In this document: positions 23,873 through 37,429 of the stretch, one piece after another | Layout: each line of letters begins with the position of its first letter | How positions within the stretch are numbered: the stretch's first letter is position 1 | From: Octopus sinensis | Taxonomy: Eukaryota | DNA length: 64,000 bases | Assembly: GCF_006345805.1 (NCBI RefSeq) | Contig: NC_042998.1 | Location: 147,312,001 to 147,376,000 of the forward strand | Reading direction: 5' to 3' | Notes under the pieces: generated by a model | What the model was told of the DNA's origin: nothing | Database searches by the model: none | The model's input: the letters and a program-made list of their open reading frames with translations, nothing else | Position numbers and translations under genes: made by a program

Positions 23873-26499
23873 ATAGAAATATATCTGTTCATTTAGGACA
23901 GTTCTCCTGGGAACAATGGAAAACTTCATATGGGTAGCAAGGACAAAGAGGGTGGTAGCGGGTTGTGCGATTGATGCATCTCTGCAGTTTTGTGCTAGTC
24001 TTTGTCTCCTGTTTAAATATTAGCTTTCAAATGTTGTTGCTGTTCTTCTTCTTGTTGCTGTTCTTCTTCTTGTTGTTGATGTCGTTACTGCTGTTGTTAT
24101 TGTTACTGTTCTTGTTGTTACAGTTGCTATTGCTCTTCTCCACCTTATTAAATTTTGTGAGAAAATAATTTTGCCTTAGGTCCTAAACTCGTGAATGAAT
24201 CGTAAGACCATCATGGTGACATACAGAGTGTCTTGGTCAGTTTTCAACTTAGTGGAGCCCAACTCTTTCCAGGTCAGACTTTAGTGGATTCTTCAAGAAA
24301 GAGGGGAAGAGAAACAGACAGAAAAAATCCAACCCAACTACTAGTAATTTATTGACCTCTAAGAGATGAATAACCCACATGATCTTAGGTGCATGGGCAT
24401 CAATCCGGTGCTCAGACAATTTATGACCAGCTTCTGAAGAAATAAGTACATCACTGAAAACGTTTTCTTCACACCCGCATGTTTCGTGATAAACCAGAAA
24501 GAAAGTAGAAAATAACATTCACTGAGTTTTGCAAAGAATTCTTCAAGAATTCTCCAAATTCAATAAATTTCAAACAGAATTTTAATGAGTTTTTGAAAAA
24601 TAACTCACGACAGACGACACTTTAATATCTGGCTAATATATTTTCCCCATAAAATTAGGCTAATCTATCGTCAGAAAATAAGAATGCCACAGTCTTTACA
24701 ACAATAAATAAATTTCCATGATTAAAAGAAGAAATTGGATTTCTGGTTCTCGTGCAGAAAAGAAAATACCTTTGACTCTTTCTCAGTAGGAGGTTAATAA
24801 AGATATTTACAATACCTGCCAGCTGGAAATCGCTAACACTATTTTATAACGCTCCACTAATTTACTATGCTTAATTAACATACGCTGTCTTTACAGGAAT
24901 AATTTTTCTATGAAAATTAATAACGAATCATGCATTCAAAACCAATTTGTTGTATCAACGAAGCTATTTATGTTTACTGCAAAGCTTTCGATTTTAACCA
25001 TTATGCCATCATAACTAAACAGTAATGCCAGATATATAGCGTTGCATTTAAGATATTGTTAATTTTAAAAATCACTAACGGACACCAAAAGTCTCATTAA
25101 TAACTTACACATTAATCGCCATGATGTTTAATTATCTTTCGACTAGCCCTGAGGCTTGTTACTTTATATAAATCACACGATAATGTGAAAACTACTTCCT
25201 ATTACGCCAATAAATCAGGATGGTTTGCTGATGTTTCGGAATAAAAGTATGCGCCTTATAATTGGCATAAATCTAACATTAACATTTAAAGCAGGTACAG
25301 CCTTACTGGAATAAAAACTTAAGAGTCTTCGGTTGAATCCATCTCCATTTTATACTTCAAATCACATTCAGATTGACAGCAATGTGTGGAGATAAATCCC
25401 TTCCATTTTAGTGTTACTCGTACATCTTCGAAGTGTTTTATATATTTCTTGAGAGTCTTCACTGCTTTCTCTGGCAATCACATTGTCACTGTGAAAAGAA
25501 AGATGACAAGACGATGCCTGTAGGACCTTCACTCTAAAGCTTATATTGTCCTGAATAATTGATTAATTAATCAATCCTAATACTGAAAAAATAAACAGAG
25601 AGGTGGAGTCATTAGCATAACTTTACCATAGAATGGTGATAAATATGAGAAGAAAAATTCGAAAACTTGAGAATGAAGATGGTATCAATATCTTCAACTA
25701 CCGAATAACAAACATAAGCTTTGGTTAAAGAGAAAAGGTTGACATTGTAGTCCTGAGATTTGGGTACAAATTTCGTAGTCTTCTTATAAACTAATTTATG
25801 CTAGAAAACGTTGCGTTGAAAAAATAGAAAAAAAAAAACAGACCAGCTGACCATGATACATACTCTAGTATTTTCTACCTCAATTCTCATTCAGTTTACC
25901 TCTGCTGTAGCTTTTACTCCAGGTAATGTCATCACAACTTCAACAAGCCTACTTCACTAGTTCTACCGGACGAATTACTAGACTAAATATTTTTCGATGT
26001 ATCAGACATATAGATATTAGAGTGTCACTCGAAACTGGAGGCTCATCAACTAAAATAACATCTCTGATTGGCTGAGGAAAATATGTGCAACAAAAATGTT
26101 TTCCTTCACACAACCAATCATAATCGTGATATGGATTACATGGGTCATAAAAGATGATAGCTAGTCTTCTACTCTTACAGGGTTTTGGTGTGCCCTAATT
26201 TCGTAAAAACATAATGAATATCCCTGCCTTCAGATGTGGACTTTAAGGAGGGCCAGGAGAGAGCGGGTTGAGAAACTCTGATGGACGGCTAGCAGTATCT
26301 TTAACATCGAGTACAATGGGAATTGACTTTATAACATCTAGATTGGGCTGGCATCTGTTTGGATGATGGGAACATAAATATCTTGTATGTGATTGTGTGT
26401 GTGTGCATACATATATTTATAGTGGTATATATACATCCATATATCATCCTTCTCTCTAGCCTGTGTCTTCCTCTATCTGTCTTTCTCTCTCTCTCCCAC

Positions 26500-27065
26500 T
26501 CCTCACTTTCGTCACTGCTAATTCTTTCGCCTGTTGCCTTTAGGCCGTAAGGTCATGTTTCCCAGCGCTCGCCAGTTACTTTCTCGTCCCCGCCAGAACA
26601 AAGGCCTTCGTTCGTCTTTTTCGTTTGTTCTCTTGTTTATTTTTGATTTCTCGTATTGTAATTTAATTCTCGTTATGTATTTTCTTGTACATGTATCTTT
26701 AATTTTGTATTATTTTTTTATTGTATGTATTTTTTGTGCAGTTCTTTGTTACGTCCCTTTTTGTGTTACATTTTTTCTTGCTCGTTTACCCCTCTACGAG
26801 TTTATTTTATTTTAATTCTCTCGTAGGAAGGCCTACCTTGACCATACGTGTTCTGTCTCTGCCTTCGAAACACGTGTCTGCTAGCGACAGCTGATGAAGG
26901 GGATTTTTCCTTGTGCAGCATGTCCTGTACTTCGTTTTTCTGCTGCACTTAATTGTTTTTCCCGTTTTCGTTTCGTCTTGTTCCACGTCTCTGTCCTTCT
27001 GTTGTAACAAATGGCTTTTCCGTTTTCGTTTCTGTTGATTTTTACGTCTTCTTGTGGTGTCCTGT
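26500..27065 (+). mobile_element. Penelope pLTR-like T-rich element with hammerhead half-motifs, abutting (TA)n
   Basis: GAAGGC...GCCTTC-GAAAC-ACGT-GTC (26827-26878) followed by CTGATGAAGGGG (26891). The T-rich tail resembles the pLTR 3' end. Confidence 0.5.
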
Positions 27066-27168
27066 ACGTATATATATATTTATATATGCATGTATATATA
27101 CATGTAGATGTCGGTACGTACATATATGTTTGTATGTATGCATATATTTTATTTATTACACTATATAT

Positions 27169-27227
<59 letters not shown>

Positions 27228-27292
27228 TATATATATATACATATATATATACATATATATATATATACGTATATATATATATATATATATAC

Positions 27293-27370
<78 letters not shown>

Positions 27371-27400
27371 AATATATACATACACATATAAGCATACACT
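27066..27400. repeat. Long interrupted (TA)n microsatellite
   Basis: Directly visible. Confidence 0.97.
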
Positions 27401-28669
27401 TTAATACATACATACGTATATTCACACGCTCACACATACACAAACATATATTGAGATTCGTGATAGACAGACAGTCAAGCAGACAGACTGACTGACATGG
27501 TAATTGATTAACTAATTGGCTGACTGATTAGTTGTTTGGTCTGTTGGCGTGTTGGTTAGTGGTTGTCCAGTAGGAAAACACTTTTTTATTGCTACAATCA
27601 TACATATACACACACACGCACACACACACGCATATTTCCTCAGATCCATTCATTTGCTATCTAAACGAAAAGGTAATCATCTCAGATAAACGTCATGTAC
27701 TGATTAGACTGGTATTAACCAGTTATAGTTCACTATTGCACGCACGTGCATGTGTTGCATACACGTGCAAGCATTGCACACATTCCAGAAGCAAAAGTGT
27801 TTAATAATCTCTATTTCAAATTAGGTTTCGAGGTTTCCTTATCAACAATATTATCAATGAAACAAACCAAAATATGCGTGATGTGTGTTTATGGGGAAAC
27901 AAGTGAGGAAAGAGATTTGAGCTTAGTATCGAATTCATATTATAATGCAATCAGTCGTCACTTGCTAACAATTATGACTTACTAGTACACTGTTCCCTGC
28001 TTTTGCTAACGGTTTCGGGTACCTAGATATCATCTCGGCTCTCTTACTCTTGATCCAGTAAAATATCGAGGATATAAAAGCTGGAGGGAGAGAAAGATAT
28101 ATCAGTATCCGTATGGTACTTCACAGAAATGCATAGATTGGGGCAACGTGATGTGAAGTACCTACTCAGACACACAACGCGCTACCCGATTCAGGAATTG
28201 AATGCAACAACCTTATGGTCATAAGCTAAGCTCTCTAGCTATTAAACCCTGTCCCTTCACATTTAATTTATAGCATTGTATATATTTGAGTAAATATTAG
28301 ACATAGTCGAATCTTATTCTACATAAAGCTGTCTATTTTGCAAGTGAAAATGGCGATGTTATATAAATTAATATAAATTGTCAGAGGAAATATCATTATA
28401 CTGGCTACAGATAATGACAGTGAACATCGAAAAGATGCTCGCTGCATTAGCTCCAGTTCTTTAAGCTCTGAGTTCAATCTCGCCGAGTTAATAAAATATG
28501 ATCTAGTTGATGGCACCACCTAAACTTCGACCCTCAAAATTGTTGACCTAAGTCAGAAACGAGGTATTTTTATGAGAAATTGTGTTATACATAAACTCTT
28601 AGCATATATGAATATTTACTATGTATAAATATCTTATATTACTGGCATATATAAATAGTTCATATTCAT

Positions 28670-28850
28670 GCGATCGTGTAACAGACCAGACTATTAGATG
28701 TTGTTACACATCGCTGGTCACAATGCGATTTGCATCGTTTTAGCTTTCGAATGACGTCACCTCAATGGCTAGGCGAGTAGGCCAACATTGCTCGCTGATC
28801 GAAAGGAGGACTGGAGTAACATGAAATAAAGTGTTTTGCTCAAGAACAAA
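28670..28850 (-). mobile_element. SINE family D tail joined to a family C-like core
   Basis: AGATGTTGTTACACATCGCTGGTCACAATGCG is the reverse complement of 43380-43415. Confidence 0.75.
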
Positions 28851-29964
28851 ATATCAAAGGAACAAAAACATGTGGATGTATAAATGGGAAAAGTCTATCC
28901 ATTGTTAATCTTCAAATGTCTAATGGAACTTAAACAAAAGCCTGAAATGAATCATTATAATGCTACTGTCAAGATGATGACATTATCCAATGGAAACACA
29001 TGTTGGTCAGTATCACGCGTACATGTTAACAATTTCTAAAGTAGAACCTTTGTAATGTTCAATAATAGCACCAAAACGATAATGAACGGTGCAATGAGTA
29101 CTTTTTCCTGTTAGAATTATCATCTGCACCTTGAAGTTTGTGACTAACAAAAACGATATATATATATATATATAATCCGTTAGGTTCAAAGTTCACAGCT
29201 GAGGCTGTAGCTAAACTTCCGTAGTAGGTTTCCGAATTAGCACGTATATATTAGAGGAAAAAGGACAACAAAAACCAAGGTAGGACGAGTATCTCAAGTC
29301 ATTCGGTTCCAAGCGATTTAAAGTTTCTCTGGCCTCTAACAGAAGTCCATTACTTTCAGGCTTTAGATTACCAAATTCGGTAATAAATAATAATGAGTGA
29401 CAAATATCCTTGGAGGTACAGAATCCCTTTCATTAACTTACAACTGTTTCTACTAGAAGTAACCGGGAATCAGGCCTATGTGACAATGCGATTTCTTATA
29501 GCTTCCTCTGCGTCATTTGAAGGAAGTGTTTTACAGCCACTCAACTCTAGATGTACGGTTACTTATAGAAGAAACAGTTGTAAGCTAATAAAAGTGATTG
29601 CATAAGGTTTTTTTAGACCTATGTGTGTGTGTGTGCGTGTGTGCATATTCGCTTTTTATACGAAAACAGCTGCGCGAATTGCTTCCATACTTGGGATGCA
29701 AAAATAATTTGACCTCGGATACATAATATTTATTTAGTTATTTTCTTTTTTTGTTAAAAATGAATAATATTGCTTTATATGTATGATTCATTTCTTTAAA
29801 AAGGTTTCTCAATGTCAGCTTCCGGTCTGGACGTAGCAACGGCGAATTTTCCGTTTTCATTTGTAAAACCTCTCACTCTCTATTTTTATGTTTTCATTTC
29901 AATTCTTAATTCACTATTTACAAACAACTACGATAAATTACTGAAAGAAGTAGTAAAGATGCTC

Positions 29965-30560
29965 TTATAAGAGTTTGCAATGGTTCCCCCACCCCAAGCC
30001 AAGCAGAATGCTACTACTTACGGCTCCTTTTGCATGAAGTACGTGGTCCCAAATCATTCCAAGATTCGAGGAGGTAAATGGTCATGTGTGCGAAAATTAT
30101 AGCGAAGCATGCTACAACAAGGTTTTTTTTAAAGAAAATGATGGGCATTGGGATCTTGCATTGACTGAAGCATCAGTACCAGATTCTCCAAGAAAACTCC
30201 GTCACCTTTTTGCAATCATACTGAACATGTGTCAACGTGGCAGTTTCCTACAGCTTTGGATGAAGCTGTAGGACATTACTGAGGACATAAAGTATGCAGT
30301 TGAACAGGCAAAATCAGATATCAATTTTCAGTTCTCTCAAACAATTTTTAACCACGTATTGATTGAATTTGCGGATCAAGTTTTGGCTATGGGAGGCAAA
30401 AATTTGCTGGAGTCTGGCTCTTGACTGCCAAAAACAAACCGTCAAATTAGTGATTTGACTTCAAGAGACATAGTAAGAAAGACAAATTATAACATCACAG
30501 ACTTGGCTGCATTTGTGAATGAACATGAACCTAAACGCTGTGCTTATGATACAATTTTTC
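29965..30560 (+). pseudogene. Helitron Rep-helicase remnant (region between Rep and the Pif1 helicase)
   Basis: Peptides LRLLLHEVRGPKSFQD, YSEAC, ENDGHWDLALTEASVPDSPRKLRHLFAIILNMC and LW, with frameshifts and stops. Confidence 0.85.
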
Positions 30561-30586
30561 GTTTATTATTATTATTATTATTATTA

Positions 30587-30628
<42 letters not shown>

Positions 30629-31609
30629 GATTATTATTATTATATTTTAAAAAGGATTGACGTAACTCTTCACAAAGGTAAACAGTCAAGACAAAGAGCG
30701 CGATTCGATTGTAAGATATTTTATTGGTTGAACGATATTTCAACAGTACGTCTGTCTTTGTGTAGTTCAAAATAAGAAGTGATGAAAATTCAAAATTACA
30801 GAAAAGTATGAACGAGAGCAACATGCTCTCGTTCATACAAATCTCTATACAACATATTTTGCTTTTTCTTTCAATATATAAAGAACAATTTCATTCCTGT
30901 GTAAAGCTGGGTGCCTCTACTAGTTTGTCTGTGTGTGTGAGTGTGTGTGCGCATCTAGACAAAAAGACAGGCAGACAAATAGATAGATAGATAGATATAA
31001 TAACCATACATAAGAAATTGTTTATAAAATATTTTGTTACACCATGTTGCGTACGTTTCATTAGCATAAGATACCTAATCAAGACTTATTGTCAGGTCGT
31101 CAGAGATGTGTAACTTTTATACCTAAAATTATTGGACTGAAAAGATATTAACAGATTCAGCCATCGTGAGAAAGTTAGCGGCCGCATTTAATTAACTTCA
31201 GGATCAGATCTGGTATCAGACAGGGAAAATCTTTTTTTAAAAAAAAGGAGGTGGCAGAGTGCAGTTTAAATGTTGCCAGTGAGTAACTAGACCACTTTCT
31301 GACTAATAGTTTTATTGGGTCTTTTAATCAGTTGTTTTTTTTAATGCTAATTAATTTTATATACGTAAATGCTTAACGCTTTATGTATATGCATGTATTT
31401 GTGTGCGTTAGTTTTAGTGTCTGTTAGAATGTACACAAGACTCATAAGAAGATAGCTCAGCCATAAATTTGTCTGAGAATCACAGAGATAAGAAAAGGTC
31501 CTTGAATGTTTGATAGGTCCTTCCCTAAAACCCTCCCACCAACAGGGGGCCAAATGCAACTTTCTTCCACCTTGAAAAGTTTCCCTCTAAAGCCCGGGTG
31601 AGTGAGTGA

Positions 31610-31680
<71 letters not shown>

Positions 31681-31729
31681 CGTGCGTGCGTGCGTGCATG
31701 TATTTATGTACCAATTTTCGTGTATATAT

Positions 31730-31990
31730 ACGTACTCATTTGCTTTTAATTACTAGAAGTCTTCCTCTGATGAAGGAACTGGTTTCTAACGAAACAAAGC
31801 TCCACCGTTGGTATGTTGACAAAAAACATACTCTCACTTCGAACCTGAGAAAAGGTTTGCATATTTTTACTGTTCCACTTACACATTGTATTTGTAACGT
31901 GCAAATCATTTGGCTGATTTCCTTTTCCTGAAAAACCCAGATTTTACAAATAATCACTTAGGTATTTACTCGGTGCATCAATTATTATTG
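31730..31990 (-). mobile_element. 3' end of a second R4/Dong-like element
   Basis: LQIQCVSGTVKICKPFL matches the C-terminus at about 22360-22430. The 3' UTR motif GGAGC..GTTAGAAACC.G.TC is shared. Confidence 0.75.
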
Positions 31991-32167
31991 GTATAAATGT
32001 GATTTTATAATCTGAACATAGAAGCTAGAGCTTCCGAGGCTGGTGTCCGTAGTTACCCTCTTTCTCGTTGATTTTCGAAGAGATATTCATATCAACAGGG
32101 CAGGTGATCTTTATGACAGTACATACATTTTCTTGCGTATGTCAGTGTGTGTATGTAAGTATGTATG

Positions 32168-32475
32168 CATGGCTTAGTGGTTAGGGCATTCGAGTCATGA
32201 TCGTAAGGTTGTGAGTTCGATTCCCGGCGGCGCGTTGTGTCCTTGAGTAAGACACTTTATTTCACGTTGCTCCAGTCCACTCAGCTGGCAAAAATGAGTA
32301 GTACTTGTATTTCAAAAGGACCAGCCTTGTCACACTCTGTGTCACGCTCGTTGCAAACTACGTTAGGGGTACACGTGTCTGTGGAGTGCTCAGCCACTTG
32401 CACGTTAATTTCACGAGCAAGCTGTTCCGTTGATCGTATCAGCTGGGACCCTCGTCGTCGTAACCGACGGAGTGC
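32168..32475 (+). mobile_element. SINE family C (second tail type), flanked by (GTAT)n
   Basis: TGGCTTAGTGGTTAGGGCATTCG...GAGTTCGATTCCCGG...GGGACCCTCGTCGTCGTAACCG. Near-identical to 34296-34613. Confidence 0.9.
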
Positions 32476-33074
32476 TCCTACGTATGTACGTGTGCATGTA
32501 TACTTGCATGTATGTATGTATGCATGCATGCATGCATGTATGTATGTATGTATGTATGTATGTATGTATGTATGTATGTATGTATGTATGTATGTATGTA
32601 TGTATGTATGTATGTATGTATGTGATTTGTACATTAACACATCATAAGATGCATGTCTGTCAACAAAAGTGTGTAAAATGGAAGCCTAATTAAATCGTTA
32701 AGGCAGAATGTTATTTCGAAACAACTTCAAACACAATTTATTCAATGTTTCAAATGTAGAATTACATTCCAAACTTCACCTAAAACCAAACAAAAGAATC
32801 TGAATTTTCAATTTTGATCAATGAAATAGAGAATAATACTTGCAAGATTTCACCATTCGAACCTCGAAGCTGACGAAAATTTCTATGGCATTGGTAAAAC
32901 AGACGAAGACAAGGTATGTCTTGTGGAGTGGTGTGGTTTAAGTGCATATATGTGTGTAAGTGTGTGTGTGTATGTAAGTATGTATGTATACGTATGTACG
33001 CATGCGTGTGTGTGTGTGTATATATACACATTTATATATATACACATACATACGTACACACACACTCACACACA

Positions 33075-34185
33075 TTAGCTGAGCATCCCGTCGTTGCCGA
33101 GTAATTTTCATAATAGAATTAATTCCTTGGCAGACTTTCGGTATAGCATACCCACATAAATTGGATATTTCTTTTTTCCGCTTAAACGGGGCTTTTTCAA
33201 TTTTCTTTTTCACCACATCATTGCAAATGATGGGGGAAAGCATTTTATGGAAAGCAATTTTGGAAAATTTATGAATTTTTTCAACCCCTCTTCCCCCAAA
33301 TGTTTTATTTTTATTTTTAATTTGAAAAAAAATGTGAAGCGAGGAAGAAAGTTTATTGAACAAATAAATAAACCATTTTTTTTTAATTCTAAGAAAACGC
33401 CATTAATTGTTTACATAAAAAAATCAGATATGAAATTTATGAACAACATTCATCACACTTTTTTTCCCTTCACCTGTCACATACAGCCTTTTTACTTTTT
33501 TTCTTTTTTTGCAGACTCTACATATTTCTGTGGTTCTGTTTCGATTGTTAACACTTGCATATATACGTCGAAATTTTCTTTAGGAGTACCTGAGTCATCA
33601 ACGGGTAATTTCCTAGCATTTTGGCGACCACAAAGCTCCTCAACAGTATTTTGAATATGTCCTCGCCGACTAATGTTTGATATGCATATGCTTTTGTATA
33701 TTACCAAAGTTTTTACAAGAGTTACAGCCAAAATATTGTAATAAGAACATTCATGGGCCACCGCTTGCAACCGACTCTGACCGAATAATGTCTTATCATT
33801 TGGTCAATTACATCCAATGCAACCTTATTTTTGTTATTAAAAAAAGTGCGGTCTCAGGTTTCTTTTAGGGGTTATTTTTAGAATCAATTTGTACACCCGC
33901 TCAAAATAACTACAGATTTTGATCTTTTCCACTGGCATGATATCAGTGTGACAGCTGGCTTCTCTGTAGATTTCAAAACCAGAGTTTCATCGATTCAATT
34001 CCTTTCATTTAAATATCCACTGACTTCGCTAATTAACAACACCAGAACACCGACACATCACACTATATCACTAATTCACTCAGTCTCTCTCTCCCTCTCC
34101 CTCTCTTTACTATTCTAACTGAGTAATACACCTCGAGACAAGCCAATTGTGAGCATCATTAGATCAACTTTTGTTAGTATATATT
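33075..34185. mobile_element. Possible non-autonomous Helitron/Helentron-like element
   Basis: Starts TTAGC...CCCGTCGTTGCCGAGT and has a subterminal AGTTTCATCGATT followed by CA/CT microsatellite and TTAGTATATAT. This layout resembles DINE-1/Lep1-type elements. Confidence 0.4.
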
Positions 34186-34295
34186 AGCACTTGGACGGCG
34201 CTTGCACAACACCATACGCATCCAATAGTTCGTGTGTGCATCTGTGTACGGGAGAAATTGTATGTATGTATGTACGTATGTATATATGTATGAGT

Positions 34296-34613
34296 GAGGG
34301 CGCGTGGCTTAGTGGTTAGGGCATTCGGCTCATGATCGTAAGGTTGTGAGTTCGATTCCCGGCGACGCGTTGTGTCCTTGAGCAAGACACTTTATTTCAC
34401 GTTGCTCCAGTCCACTCAGCTGGCAAAAATGAGTTGTACTTGTATTTCAAAGGGTCAGCCTTGTCACTCTCTGTGTCACGCTGATTATCCCCGAGAACTA
34501 CGTTAAGGGTACACGTGTCTGTGGAATGCTCAGCCATTTGCACGTTAATTTCACGAGCAAGCTGTTCCGTTGATCGTATCAGCTGGGACCCTCGTCGTCG
34601 TAACCGGCGGAGT
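34296..34613 (+). mobile_element. SINE family C (second tail type), full length
   Basis: As for 32168-32475. Confidence 0.9.
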
Positions 34614-34814
34614 CTTTAAGAATATATGTATGAATGTATTATGTATGTATGTATGCACGTATGTATGTATATATGCATGTATGTACGTAAGTATCTATCT
34701 ATTATACACACACGTACACAAACATATATATATATATTTACATAATCAGACGACTTACCGATGTACGTGCATAGACAGATAAATAGACCGGTAGACAGAG
34801 AGAAAGTCGGACAG

Positions 34815-34843
34815 CTAGATAGATAGATAGATAGATATGTAGG

Positions 34844-34918
<75 letters not shown>

Positions 34919-35020
34919 GTAGGTAGTTAGGTAGGTAGTTAGGTAGGTAGGTAGGTAGGTAGGTAGGTAGGTAGGTAGGTAGGTAGGTAGGTAGGTAGGT
35001 AGGTAGGTGGCAGGCAGGCA
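34815..35020. repeat. (AGAT)n(AGGT)n tetranucleotide microsatellite
   Basis: Directly visible. Confidence 0.97.
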
Positions 35021-35175
35021 GGTTTTCAAGGCGGATGGCATTCATATGTACAATAAAAAAGTCAGTGTATACGTCAGCAATTCTTCATCAACGCTGGCAG
35101 CCATTAATGTTAGCTACTGACATGTTTCAAGTTGCATCCTTAACTTCTCTCTTTCTCTCTTATTCTCTTTCCTTG

Positions 35176-35209
<34 letters not shown>

Positions 35210-36469
35210 GTGTGTGTGTGTGTGTGAAAGTGTGAGTGCATCCTGTGTCTTTCAGTTAAACTGTTTGTTGCTGCCATTGTGCGCCATTTTTGATGTGATC
35301 GCTGTCACAAGAGTTGATCGTTTCTGGCTGCTGTTATTATTATTCACAATTGATCGAGAACCAACTTTAAACCAATTGCTATTGTGTATGCCATTTTTGC
35401 TGACATCATTAACATTAACTTAAAGACTGTCATTTTGCAGAAATTGTAGAAAAGTGTGTTAAGTAACTCAACGACTTTAATTTAATCTCTCTCTCTCTCT
35501 CTCCCTCCCTCTCTCTCTCCCTCCCTCTCTCTTCCCGTCTCTCTCTCCTAGGTTCAAAATCTGCTGTAGTTGATTTTATCTTCCATCTTCCTAAAATCGA
35601 TTATAAAGTAATGTAAAATCTATTTGCTTTCAATTCTTGATTTGTCCAAGTAAGAGGCATTTTTCAACGAATTATTTGAGGTAGAAAGCTATCTTTTTTT
35701 GCTTATTTGTTTAATATAGAAGAAACAGTGCCTATGACCTTTAGTGATCCTCTGAAACTGGTGAAGTTAATGCTATTAATGTTCCGTATAAACTATTCGA
35801 AGTGAAACATTTGCAGAAAAGACATGACTATGAAGGTCCAGAGGACTGCTATTGTATGAAGGAAAGTGGAATTATTGGTTAGTGCAAGGCCGAGAGAGCT
35901 AGACGCAACAATGACGGATAGAGATGGAAAGACGAGTTAGGTAGGGGTTCTGAGTAGTGGAGGTATGATACCATCAGAGGCCATTATAGTAGTGACGGCA
36001 GAGAGAGAGAGAGAGAGAGAAGTTGGAGTGTGTCTGCGAGTGATTGAATACTAATTAGTTGAGTGGACCTACTCTAGATGTAGTTCAGGATAGCTGTGTG
36101 TATAGTAGTACCACCGTCCAAGACGTCGGTACAGTATTCAACTCTGAGCGTTGCTCGAGCCTTGAAAATTTACAGCAGCTGTTGGGGACTGAAATATTTT
36201 CTTCCCTAAAGAGAAATTTCGTTTATTATACTTTGTAGCATATTATGGTTTTTAAATTAGTATTGTGTGCGTTATTTGGCACAACAACCACCACACGCAC
36301 ACTCACATGCACGCATGCACGCACATGCACACGCACTCACAAGCATACTCACATACACACATACACACATACACACAGATACACACATACACACAGATAC
36401 ACACTACAAATATGAGTATGTGTGTATAATTATGTACGGCTATGTACACATATATATATATATAACGGG

Positions 36470-37295
36470 AAGCTTTATGAAAATAAACAAAAGACGAAGG
36501 CAGGTGGAAAACAAACGAACAATTATATTAGTATGGCGCTCAGGAAATATAAATAAAACAAGTCTTTAACGTTTCGAGCCCACGCTCTTCAACAGAAAGA
36601 TACACAGAGAGAGAAAAACACAGAAAGAAGGAGAGAAAAAAAATGCGTGCAGTAGCTAACGAATCAACATGGCGATCTGATTTCGGCCAGAGGTCAAAGA
36701 TCAAACATGAGACGCGAGAGCGAAATAAGGGGAGATAATAGAGTTGCTAAAAGGGTTGAGGGACCAGCTAAAAGTGCGTGGGAGGGGTCTGGATGTGTGT
36801 ATGTATAGGGTTGGTGTATGTATTAGTATGTATAAGGGTGTATGTGTGTATGAGAGAGTATTAGTGCGTAAGATTGGTCTGGACGTGCGTATGTATGGGG
36901 TTGGTGTATGTATTAGTATGTATTAGTATGTATTAGTACGTATTGGTATGTATAGGTGTGTGTGTGTGTGTGTGAGAGAGAGTATAAGTGCGTATGCGGG
37001 GTTTGGACGTGTGTATGTATAGGGTTGGTGTAAGTATTAGTATGTACTAGTATGTATTAGTACGTATTAGTATGTATTAGTTGGTGTGTGTATTAGTATG
37101 GCACATCATATGTGATGTGATGTGTAAAGTCATGTGGTGTAGTGAGGAAAGAAGGGGGAGAAGAGAGGGGGAGGGGGAGAAGAAGGGGAGAGAAGGGGGG
37201 AAGAAGAGGGGGAGGAGAAGGGGGAGAGGAGAGGATGGGGGAGAAGGAGGGGAATGAGGGGGATGAAGGAGGAAAGAGAGAGAAGGGGAGAGAGG
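36470..37295 (-). repeat. 3' pseudo-LTR
   Basis: Starts ATATAACGGGAAGCTTTATGAAAATAAA, as at 40901, and is colinear through the GTATTAGTAT repeats and the purine tract. Confidence 0.93.
36563..36600 (-). ncRNA. Minimal hammerhead motif in the pLTR (CUGUUGA variant)
   Basis: TCTTT-CTGTTGA-A-GAGC-GTGG-GCTC-GAAAC-GTT-AAAGA. Self-complementary ACGT replaces stem III. Confidence 0.7.
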
Positions 37296-37429
37296 GAGTG
37301 AGGAAGCAGAGGGAAGGGGAAGAGGGAGGGAGAAAGAGGGAAGAAGGGAAGGGGAGTAGGGGTGAAAGGATGAAGGACTGAAGAAGTAGGGGTCGGGGGG
37401 AGAAAGGATAGGTGAGGAGGGGGGTGAAG

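Noticed and set aside
31765-31800. CTGATGA...GAAAC on the plus strand (hammerhead-like)
   Set aside because: No convincing stems I or II. It lies antisense within an R4-like 3' UTR and is likely coincidental.
33247-33770. 135-aa and 92-aa ORFs
   Set aside because: Low-complexity F/K/N composition in an AT-rich putative non-autonomous element, with no domain recognised.
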